From positions 2,010,001 to 2,042,000 of the forward strand of contig NZ_CP195536.1 of the NCBI RefSeq assembly GCF_051307035.1: 32,000 bases of DNA, in the 5' to 3' direction. The translations under genes were made by a program, and so were the position numbers. This document shows positions 18,471 through 25,876 of this stretch, in pieces; position 1 is the first letter of the stretch; each line of letters starts with the position of its first letter. The stretch is from Psychrobacter sp. DM4 (GTDB lineage Bacteria; Pseudomonadota; Gammaproteobacteria; Pseudomonadales; Moraxellaceae). The notes under the pieces were generated by a model. That model ran no database searches and had not been told where the DNA came from. It was given only the letters and a program-made list of their open reading frames with translations.

Positions 18471-19388
18471 TTATCTTTTAGTTTTGCCATCACTTTGGTT
18501 GCTATCAGCAAGTGTTTCGTCGTAATTGACATAGGGAACCTTTTTAATAGCAAACAGTTTGAACGCGTGCCAATAAATACGGCTCAGTGAGGTGAGGTTC
18601 ATCACTGGATTTTTGCGTAGGCTATGCTGTATAGATTGCATCGTCATAGGAGCGCCTGACATCTTAATACCAGTTTTGAGCACGTCACCGCGCGCGTCGC
18701 TGATGTCAATAGTAATACGAACTTGTAAGCAGTTATCTTGCTGCTTATTGATTTTTACCTGCCAGCGGTACATCTGATCAATAGGATTAAAGGGTGATAC
18801 GTGAAAGTTTTTATCGTGACAGAACTTAGTCTCTGAACCTTCTAATAAAAATCCATAGTAATGACGCTTATCCCAAGGCGTATTCGAGACTTCAGCCAAT
18901 AAATGCGTTGGCACTTGCTCAGTGTCAAACCCTATATAGAAGTTCACTGGGCTAAAATACAGTCCTACGTTTCGGCATACGAGCATGCCAATCATATCGC
19001 CTGTAGGCTTACTGCCCGTCTGAGTCATAAACGCTTGATTTAAGCGGTTCTTTAGCGCTTGTACATTATCATCGCTGCTTTTTTTATCGTCTTCTTGCAA
19101 ATAATCGTTAGGGTAGAACTGCTGTAACGCCTTATGCTTGGCAGAGAACAGCGGTAGTCTTTTGAGCACCTTGCCGCCTAGTACGGACAGCTTGACCTCA
19201 GGCAAATCATGTTCTGCCGCTAGCGCACTGATATTGACACCCCAATATCGATAAGGATAAGCAAATTTATGCACACTTGGTAGCAATCGGTTGTGCCAAG
19301 TCGTTCCATGGAACAGCTGATGCGCCAGTGCCATATCATCTATCGTACTCTTGTACTCGTCAGTAGCGCTTGTAGCTTTTATGGTCAT
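18471..19388 (-). CDS. DUF1365 family protein
   Basis: The 305-aa protein has GTTWHNRLLPSVHKFAYPYRYWGVNI, matching the DUF1365 N-terminal H.R..P..H.F.Y pattern. Its start lies 14 nt after the upstream flavoprotein stop. Confidence 0.8.
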   Translation of the reverse strand: MTIKATSATDEYKSTIDDMALAHQLFHGTTWHNRLLPSVHKFAYPYRYWGVNISALAAEHDLPEVKLSVLGGKVLKRLPLFSAKHKALQQFYPNDYLQEDDKKSSDDNVQALKNRLNQAFMTQTGSKPTGDMIGMLVCRNVGLYFSPVNFYIGFDTEQVPTHLLAEVSNTPWDKRHYYGFLLEGSETKFCHDKNFHVSPFNPIDQMYRWQVKINKQQDNCLQVRITIDISDARGDVLKTGIKMSGAPMTMQSIQHSLRKNPVMNLTSLSRIYWHAFKLFAIKKVPYVNYDETLADSNQSDGKTKR

Positions 19389-19402
19389 GAGCGTCTCAAA
19401 AA

Positions 19403-21130
19403 TTAGACTTTACGGCTAAAGAAAAAGCCACGTTTTTTAGAGGTGCTTTTATTGGGTCGATCAATAACAGCCGCTTGCACCTTTGCGACATAATCGACCA
19501 GCTCTTGATTGGTCGTTGCCGTTGCAACCAGACGTTTTTTGAGCTTACGAGCTTGTTTGTCTGCTTTGACTGGCAGATCCCGATAGCGAAAGGGTGTGTG
19601 CGTGCTATCACTATCAGGCAAATGACTGGCATCAACCTCGTCTTTGATCTCTATAGAGTGACCTAACGACTGACAGACGCGCAGTCCACTACGTACGCCG
19701 TCTTCGTGAAAGCCATTGAACCAGTAAGCGCCGCAGAAGTGAGTATTGAGGCCACTACCAGAGATGCGCGCCCACTCGCCTTGCGCGGCAATCATCTCGT
19801 TATCGAATACGGGATGACTGTAGTCAATATTCTTGATAACTTGGGCAGGGTCAATGTCATGATTTAGCGTGACCAGATAGTTATGCTGCTTAGTCAGTCG
19901 TTGTAAGATGTTCATATGGTAAGTCAGTACTGGCTTACTGGTTGGCGTTTCCCTGTCTCGCTGTTCTTGATTAGAAATAGCCGTCTGCTTATCTATAAGA
20001 TAGTTCCAACTTGCCCATGCCAGTGACTTTTTTGGTAATACGCTGCTATCTGTATGTAGCACAGCAGTATTTTCAGTGAAACGAAAGTGGCTTAGCACGT
20101 CCTGTTCATCAGGGCTAGCATCTACTAATAGTTTGAGCGCCGTATCCGCATGACATGCAAAAATCACTTTATCAAATAGGAGTGCCTCACTTTCAGATTC
20201 TTGATTTGATGCACCGCCGCTGACCACATTGAGGGTAACTGCTCCACCACTACGAGTCACAGATTGCACTGGAGTGTTCACCCGTACTATACCGCCTGCT
20301 TTGACAAACTTGGTAACGAGCTTGTTGACGTACTGCTTGGAGCCGCCTTTGATCGTGAACCACTGCGGACGATTAACCACATCGAGCAGGCCATGATTAT
20401 CAAAGAACTGGGCAAAGAATACTAACGGAAAAGCATGCACATCTTTTATACTCGTCGACCAGATGGCAGACACCATGGGCAACAGGTAATTATCCGTAAA
20501 CAGACGCCCGTAGCGCTCATTGGCTAGATAATCGCCCAAGGTTTGCTGAGTAAGCGCACTAATGTCACCGCCCTGCGCTCGCACACCATCGTAGTCTTGG
20601 CGCAACTTACGAATATGCTTGTTGAACTGAACGATGTCTTTGACAAATTGCCAAAACTTAGGATTTAGTACGTTTTTGCGCTGAGACAATAGTGTGTTGA
20701 TCGTATGACCATTGTACTCAAAGTTACGGGGAATGTTTTTGACCGAAAAGCTCATGTCGGTACTTTGAAACGGCACTTGCAACTCATGTAATAGACGAAA
20801 AAAATTGGGATAAGTACGCTCATTAAAGACGATAAAACCTGTATCGATTGCGCTTTTTTCGATTTTGTCCTCTTTGGCCTTTTTACCGTATTGTAGGGCG
20901 ACATCAATCGTGTTGACGTGACCGCCGATATAATCGCTCGCTTCAAATACTGTCACCTCATGATCCGCCGCTAGATAGTGCGCGCAAGTTAGCCCTGCGA
21001 CGCCTGAGCCGATAATGGCGATACGTGTCTTAACCTGCGACTTTGAGCTATCATCAGCACTTGCCTCGCTTTCATTGTCGCTTGCTGATAATTTATCTTT
21101 TGACGCAAATTTGCGACGTATAAATGACAT
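19403..21130 (-). CDS. NAD(P)/FAD-dependent oxidoreductase, amine-oxidase / phytoene-desaturase-like
   Basis: IAIIGSGVAGLTCAHYLA...VTVFEASDYIGGH is a classic FAD beta-alpha-beta motif. AAGGA lies upstream. The protein has hydrophilic N- and C-terminal extensions. Confidence 0.85.
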   Translation of the reverse strand: MSFIRRKFASKDKLSASDNESEASADDSSKSQVKTRIAIIGSGVAGLTCAHYLAADHEVTVFEASDYIGGHVNTIDVALQYGKKAKEDKIEKSAIDTGFIVFNERTYPNFFRLLHELQVPFQSTDMSFSVKNIPRNFEYNGHTINTLLSQRKNVLNPKFWQFVKDIVQFNKHIRKLRQDYDGVRAQGGDISALTQQTLGDYLANERYGRLFTDNYLLPMVSAIWSTSIKDVHAFPLVFFAQFFDNHGLLDVVNRPQWFTIKGGSKQYVNKLVTKFVKAGGIVRVNTPVQSVTRSGGAVTLNVVSGGASNQESESEALLFDKVIFACHADTALKLLVDASPDEQDVLSHFRFTENTAVLHTDSSVLPKKSLAWASWNYLIDKQTAISNQEQRDRETPTSKPVLTYHMNILQRLTKQHNYLVTLNHDIDPAQVIKNIDYSHPVFDNEMIAAQGEWARISGSGLNTHFCGAYWFNGFHEDGVRSGLRVCQSLGHSIEIKDEVDASHLPDSDSTHTPFRYRDLPVKADKQARKLKKRLVATATTNQELVDYVAKVQAAVIDRPNKSTSKKRGFFFSRKV

Positions 21131-21190
21131 ATATGCTTATCCTTGATAATTTCGATGACGGTACTTTAATACTTAACTGAGTCTTCTATA

Positions 21191-21928
21191 CTACTTCTTA
21201 TTCAATTTTTCACTAACTTGTTGCCAAATCATATCTGGCAAAGCGCCTAGAGTTTTGAGCGGTAGGGTGAGTTTTTTGGGAAACTCAATGACCTCATCAC
21301 CGCTGCTAATGCCATCACGAATCGCTTGACTTGCCTGCTTCGTTGTTTGTATAAACGGCATAGGAAAGTCGTTTTGTTTAGTCATTGGCGTCTCAACAAA
21401 ACCCGGCACAACCAAACTCACATCAACATCAAATGGCGCAAGGCTAATCTGTAGAGTTTTCATCAAGTAATGAATCGCCGCTTTTGAGCTGCCATAAGCC
21501 TCTGCGCGTGCAAAGGGTACATAAGCAGATGCTGATCCGATCCCAACTAGTCGACCTTTAGATTCCATCAGCTGTGGCAGAGCGCCTTCGATAGCATGAG
21601 AGAGCGTGCCCATATTGACAGACATTACCTTCATAAACGCTTCACTATCAAAATTTGGCATATCTAAGTACTCGCACATGCCTGCGCCGCAAATAGCTAA
21701 GTCAATCTTGTCAATTTTACTAAAGGCTTCTACTACTTTGTCACGATCCATCAAATCTAAATCAACAGGTTTGGCGCCTAGATTTTGCAATTCAGCAAGC
21801 GCTTCATCGTCACGGCCAACAGCATATATATTGTGACCCTCCGCGAGATAGTCTATGGCCAACTGCTTGCCGATGCCAGAGGTTGCGCCTGTAATAACGA
21901 TGTTTAATTTATGAGATGAATTGTTCAT
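21191..21928 (-). CDS. SDR family oxidoreductase
   Basis: It has the TGATSGIG cofactor motif and catalytic YGSSKAA (YxxxK). The protein is 245 aa. Confidence 0.9.
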   Translation of the reverse strand: MNNSSHKLNIVITGATSGIGKQLAIDYLAEGHNIYAVGRDDEALAELQNLGAKPVDLDLMDRDKVVEAFSKIDKIDLAICGAGMCEYLDMPNFDSEAFMKVMSVNMGTLSHAIEGALPQLMESKGRLVGIGSASAYVPFARAEAYGSSKAAIHYLMKTLQISLAPFDVDVSLVVPGFVETPMTKQNDFPMPFIQTTKQASQAIRDGISSGDEVIEFPKKLTLPLKTLGALPDMIWQQVSEKLNKK

Positions 21929-22237
21929 GGTAAAGTCCTAATTTTTATTGGCTTTAGCTTACTAAAGATAGTCGCTCATTTATAAAATCTAAATAGTCAG
22001 CGTCCAAATAATTATAGTATAGGACGTCATCTCTATTGTTGTAACTTCGCAAGCGGGGACTGAATTGACTGACACAAAATATCCAAACAGCATCTTAATA
22101 GCAAACAGCATCTCAATAGATAGGTGTCTAATAAATCATATGCGCCTATCACGAGCCAATAGATCAAAACAGAAGCTCTAATAATAGAGATTAAAGGTGC
22201 TATTAATTGTTTAAGGTAATAAAACATCAAAAAAGGC

Positions 22238-22265
22238 TTGACGTATTTTCTATCTTTGTTAGAAT
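22238..22265 (+). promoter_or_regulatory. sigma70-type promoter for tRNA-Asn copy 1
   Basis: TTGACG, a 16-bp spacer and TAGAAT, with TG at the extended -10 position, followed by a GC-rich discriminator (cgcccc). It lies about 78 nt upstream of the tRNA. Confidence 0.6.
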
Positions 22266-22342
22266 ACGCCCCACTTAGCACAAACTCATTAGAGTATGCG
22301 TTAAGCTCACTGTCAGCAGTGACTGTACAGTAGTAACTATAT

Positions 22343-22418
22343 TCCTCAATAGCTCAGTTGGTAGAGCGTCGGACTGTTAATCCGTGTGTCCCTGGTTCGA
22401 GCCCAGGTTGAGGAGCCA
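22343..22418 (+). tRNA. tRNA-Asn (anticodon GTT), CCA encoded
   Basis: The 76-nt cloverleaf has acceptor TCCTCAA/TTGAGGA, anticodon loop CT-GTT-AA and T-arm GGTTCGAGCC. It is close to E. coli tRNA-Asn. Confidence 0.95.
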
Positions 22419-22462
22419 AATTCTAGCATTAACGTTTAGATTCGATTATGGCATTTGCCAAG

Positions 22463-22491
22463 ACCCTCATCGCTTTGATGAGGGTTTTTTT
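22463..22491 (+). terminator. rho-independent terminator after tRNA-Asn copy 1
   Basis: Stem accctcatc / gatgagggt followed by T7. Confidence 0.85.
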
Positions 22492-22577
22492 ATGGTGGTA
22501 TAGGCGTGAGAATTGATACTCGTTATTTATAGAGCACTGTCTGTTCGATTAATTTTGGCAATATTGGCTCATCTAGG

Positions 22578-22606
22578 TTGACAGACAATAACGACTTGGC
22601 TAAAAT
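22578..22606 (+). promoter_or_regulatory. sigma70-type promoter for tRNA-Asn copy 2
   Basis: Consensus TTGACA, a 17-bp spacer and TAAAAT, about 79 nt upstream of the tRNA. Confidence 0.65.
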
Positions 22607-22684
22607 GTGCTCCACATAACGCAAACAAGCTTATCGCTTGTGACGATAGTTGCTACTAATGCTGCAATTGTTATGACCCTTTAT

Positions 22685-22760
22685 TCCTCAATAGCTCAGT
22701 TGGTAGAGCGTCGGACTGTTAATCCGTGTGTCCCTGGTTCGAGCCCAGGTTGAGGAGCCA
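22685..22760 (+). tRNA. tRNA-Asn (anticodon GTT), identical second copy
   Basis: It is 76/76 identical to the copy at 22343-22418 by direct comparison. Confidence 0.95.
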
Positions 22761-22788
22761 TATTTAGTTTGACAGTGTCAGACATAAA

Positions 22789-22820
22789 AACCTTTATCAG
22801 CTGATGATAGAGGTTTTTTT
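22789..22820 (+). terminator. rho-independent terminator after tRNA-Asn copy 2
   Basis: Stem aacctttatca / tgatagaggtt (one G-U) with a 5-nt loop, followed by T7. Confidence 0.75.
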
Positions 22821-22976
22821 ATGCCGATAGGTTTTATGGTGATTTAATAATGCTTCTAAGGTGTTATTTGGCTCATATTTGTTGTATGGTGAGCATAGTT
22901 TTGCTTGATTGCTTTTCGTCTTAATGTTCTATATCCCAAGTCTTCTATATAAAATCACGACAACTAATGGTTTATT

Positions 22977-23306
22977 ATGATACCTGTCCATATAAAAAAT
23001 AAGTTCTCAGATCATCCGCAAAAAGTCATGCGCCCAGTGAGCATTCGTCTGTCTGAGGAGATGATCGCTTTATTGAATGCGACGTCAGAGGAATTGGGGT
23101 TTAAGCGTATCCAAGGGCTTATACGTCTGTATATTCGTCAAGGACTTGATCGCGATCATCAAGACTATACTCTAGCGCATGATGAGGTGTTTATTGAGAC
23201 GCTGCGCAAGCATGGCGTCAGTCAGCACATTATAGATGAAGCGATTATCACCACCCATAATAGCTGTACTATTCGTCCTTTTTCTGAGTTGCAAGACAAA
23301 GATTGA
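22977..23306 (+). CDS. hypothetical protein with ribbon-helix-helix (CopG/Arc-like) N-terminal domain (tentative)
   Basis: RPVSIRLSEEMIALLNATSEELGFKRIQGLIRLYIRQGL fits the RHH strand-helix-helix pattern. No convincing SD is present, so the start is uncertain. Confidence 0.5.
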   Translation: MIPVHIKNKFSDHPQKVMRPVSIRLSEEMIALLNATSEELGFKRIQGLIRLYIRQGLDRDHQDYTLAHDEVFIETLRKHGVSQHIIDEAIITTHNSCTIRPFSELQDKD

Positions 23307-23330
23307 ACACTTTGATTTAGCATATTCAAG

Positions 23331-23365
23331 AGGCTGAGCATCATTATTTGTGCTTAGCCTTTTTT
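23331..23365 (+). terminator. rho-independent terminator after the RHH gene
   Basis: Stem aggctgagca / tgcttagcct (one G-U) with a 10-nt loop, followed by T5. Confidence 0.65.
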
Positions 23366-23560
23366 GTACTTACTCTTTAGTCGCGCCTGCCAACTCTATT
23401 CTTACCTATGTCCTAATGATCTTTATTCTAAGTCTTTCTTACGATTATTCTTGCAAAACATAACACAACAGCTTGTGATGAATATTCCCATTTATTTATC
23501 AAACGCGGTATATTGATGAATAATAAACGGTTGGCAATACGCAATCACAAGGAGTAAATC

Positions 23561-24295
23561 ATGTTAAATATACCTCAGCGCTTAAGCACAGCTCTGCTTG
23601 TGACTCTATCTCTTGGGATAATACCGGTGATGAGCAGCTGCTCTACGCCGCAAAATGATCCAATGCAGCAGACCATACCTACCGACTCAGATCAATGGCA
23701 GAAGCAATTGGGCGATGCCTTTGAGCAATTATCTGAGAGTGATAGACAAGTTTTGAGCCGCTATATGCTGCGCATGAAACTAAGCGAAGCTTATGAGTCA
23801 GGGGCGATGCCGCGTACGACAATCGAGCAGGCGCTAGTACAACAGCGTGAATACGAGCGCCTGCATCCTGACAATCCAACTGGAGAAAAAAGTCCTGTTG
23901 TTGCTAATCAATCAAGCAGTGCGGTTTCCACGCAGACGTATCCTGTCGCCCTACTGCCCGTCAAGAGTAGTGATAATGACAGTCTTAACCAGGTCAAGCT
24001 CCAGTTTATGTTATCTAATCATGGCACTGTGCCTATTAAGAGCTTTGAGGGTACGCTACTGATGACAGATGACAACCTGACTCAGGGCAAAGCATTCAAT
24101 GTACCGCAAACCACGTTTGCACCTACTATTGAGCCTGAGCAATCTGGCAAGATTATTATAGATAGTAGCATCGAAGATATCAACGTCATGCGAGCGATTA
24201 GAAACACCCAAGAGATGACTATTGAAATCACTGAAGGAACACTAACCCTTGCTGATGGTAATAAAATTGAGTTCGATACTCAGCTAACCAATTAA
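23561..24295 (+). CDS. hypothetical lipoprotein
   Basis: A strong AAGGAG lies 5 nt upstream. The signal peptide ends in the lipobox-like VMSS-C. I recognise no family. Confidence 0.7.
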   Translation: MLNIPQRLSTALLVTLSLGIIPVMSSCSTPQNDPMQQTIPTDSDQWQKQLGDAFEQLSESDRQVLSRYMLRMKLSEAYESGAMPRTTIEQALVQQREYERLHPDNPTGEKSPVVANQSSSAVSTQTYPVALLPVKSSDNDSLNQVKLQFMLSNHGTVPIKSFEGTLLMTDDNLTQGKAFNVPQTTFAPTIEPEQSGKIIIDSSIEDINVMRAIRNTQEMTIEITEGTLTLADGNKIEFDTQLTN

Positions 24296-24379
24296 CAGTA
24301 GGGTACGACTTAATGATAGAGCATGACATAACGTGCACTTCCAAGTAATACTTTGCTCATGAAAACTTGTTTATGAAGC

Positions 24380-24416
24380 GCAAAAAAAAGCCCTAATCAT
24401 CGAGTGATTAGGGCTT
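24380..24416 (-). terminator. rho-independent terminator of tRNA-Ser (the hairpin may also stop the convergent lipoprotein transcript)
   Basis: 12-bp stem aagccctaatca / tgattagggctt. On the minus strand it is followed by T8. Confidence 0.85.
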
Positions 24417-24443
24417 CTTAGTAAGTACTGAAACTTATAAATT

Positions 24444-24534
24444 TGGCGGAGACGGAGAGATTCGAACTCTCGAAGGGCTATGAACCCTTGTCGGTTTTCA
24501 AGACCGGTGCATTCAACCGCTCTGCCACGTCTCC
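24444..24534 (-). tRNA. tRNA-Ser (anticodon TGA), long variable arm, CCA encoded
   Basis: The reverse complement is GGAGACGTGGCAGAGCGGTTGAATGCACCGGTCTTGAAAACCGACAAGGGTTCATAGCCCTTCGAGAGTTCGAATCTCTCCGTCTCCGCCA. It is close to E. coli tRNA-Ser(UGA), with one C-A mismatch at the top of the anticodon stem. Confidence 0.9.
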
Positions 24535-24545
24535 ATTTGTGCATC

Positions 24546-24573
24546 ATTATAGCGATATGCTATGAGAATGCAA
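24546..24573 (-). promoter_or_regulatory. sigma70-type promoter for tRNA-Ser
   Basis: On the minus strand: TTGCAT, a 16-bp spacer and TATAAT, ending 11 nt before the mature tRNA 5' end. Confidence 0.55.
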
Positions 24574-24607
24574 GTACGCAGCTCAAAAAAATCAAATTAT
24601 TTTGCCG

Positions 24608-25789
24608 CTACTTTTGTTTTGAGCGTTTCGGCTTGCTTGATGCCAGATGCAGGCACATATCAAGCAATCTATTGGCATAACCCCATTCGTTATCGTACCA
24701 CGCAAAAACCTTGTACTGATTGCCTACCTTCATGAGCTGCTGACCATCAATGATGAGCGATTCTGGCTGATGGATAAAGTCGCTAGAGACCAAAGGCTCA
24801 TCTGTATAAGCCATAATACCTAATAGATGCGTTTGGCTTGCTGATTTGAGCACCTCTTTTATTGCCTCAATACTGATATCAGTACTGACGTCAGTATTAT
24901 CAAAAACAAAAGTCACATCGATAGCGGCGACGTCGATAGTCGGTACGCGAATGGAGTGGCCATTTATCTTGCCAGCCATCGCTGGCAGGACGCGTTCGGT
25001 GGCAGCTATGCTACTCGATGTCGTTGGGATAATATTGTGACCTGAAGCACGCGCGCGGCGCGGATCACGATGCGCCTGGTCAAGAACGTTCTGATCCGCT
25101 GTCACCGCATGAATCTCGGTCATCATCGCTGATCGTACCCCAAATGCTTTATCTAACGTATCAATGAGTGGTACGAGCGCTTGAGTAGTACAAGAAACAC
25201 CCGATATAATCGGTAGCTCGCAGGTGAGCGCCTCGGTGTTAACTCCCATGACGATGCAAGCGTCAACAGTGTCAAAGGGAGCGGCGCCTATAATCACTTG
25301 CTGAGCGCCTGCCTCGATGTGCATGTTTGCCTGCTCATAAGAGCGAAAATGCCCAGTACACTCTAATACCACGTCGATCTCAAGCGTTTCCCACAAGAGC
25401 TTGGCTGGATCTGGCTCACTAAGCATACGAATACAATAAGTGTGACTGTTCTTAGTCAAGCACAACTGCGTTTCGCTATCATCCTCTTCTATAATATCCG
25501 CACTCACCCCTAGACGGCTCAGGCGACCATGAGTGCTATCGAACTTTAGTAAATGCAATAAAATATCAGCAGGCGCTAAGTCATTGATAGCGACGATATG
25601 AATAGCGCGCCCGAGGACCTCAAAGCGCTCTATCATCGCTCGCAATACATTACGCCCAATACGCCCAAAGCCGTTGATCGCAACTCGTAGTGGCTGCGCA
25701 TGGGCACTGGTGATTGCTTTGGACTTACTAGAATTTGATCTAATAGGATTAGGCGTCAACTGATAACTAGCGCTAGAGAAGTCAGGCAT
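24608..25789 (-). CDS. epd: GAPDH-family dehydrogenase, erythrose-4-phosphate-dehydrogenase-like
   Basis: INGFGRIGR, the catalytic SCTT and WYDNEWGYANR are present. The blocks DQNVLDQAHRDPRRARASGHNIIP and IRVPTIDVAAIDV resemble E. coli Epd more than GapA, by my memory of both. An N-terminal extension of about 35 aa has no alternative start codon. Confidence 0.7.
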   Translation of the reverse strand: MPDFSSASYQLTPNPIRSNSSKSKAITSAHAQPLRVAINGFGRIGRNVLRAMIERFEVLGRAIHIVAINDLAPADILLHLLKFDSTHGRLSRLGVSADIIEEDDSETQLCLTKNSHTYCIRMLSEPDPAKLLWETLEIDVVLECTGHFRSYEQANMHIEAGAQQVIIGAAPFDTVDACIVMGVNTEALTCELPIISGVSCTTQALVPLIDTLDKAFGVRSAMMTEIHAVTADQNVLDQAHRDPRRARASGHNIIPTTSSSIAATERVLPAMAGKINGHSIRVPTIDVAAIDVTFVFDNTDVSTDISIEAIKEVLKSASQTHLLGIMAYTDEPLVSSDFIHQPESLIIDGQQLMKVGNQYKVFAWYDNEWGYANRLLDMCLHLASSKPKRSKQK

Positions 25790-25876
25790 AAACCGGGTAT
25801 CACTGTGTAATTGTCGCTATAAGTATAGGATATAAAGCGTCTGCTATAGCAACGAGCATGACTCAAGCCTTTAGTA

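Noticed and set aside
19396-19635. 79-aa same-strand alternative-frame ORF overlapping the flavoprotein C-terminal tail
   Set aside because: It has no RBS and a composition unlike real proteins. It is noted only because a frameshift here could alter the tail; nothing in the sequence indicates one.
22033-22281. 82-aa minus-strand ORF containing a repeated LLRCCL motif
   Set aside because: It overlaps the strong tRNA-Asn promoter and the SDR upstream region. The repeat comes from a short DNA direct repeat (aaacagcatct.aatag). It has no RBS and odd composition, so it is probably spurious.
22419-22500. 22-codon ORF (MAFAKTLIALMRVFLWWYRREN) between the tRNA-Asn copies
   Set aside because: It is made up almost entirely of the terminator hairpin sequence and has no RBS.
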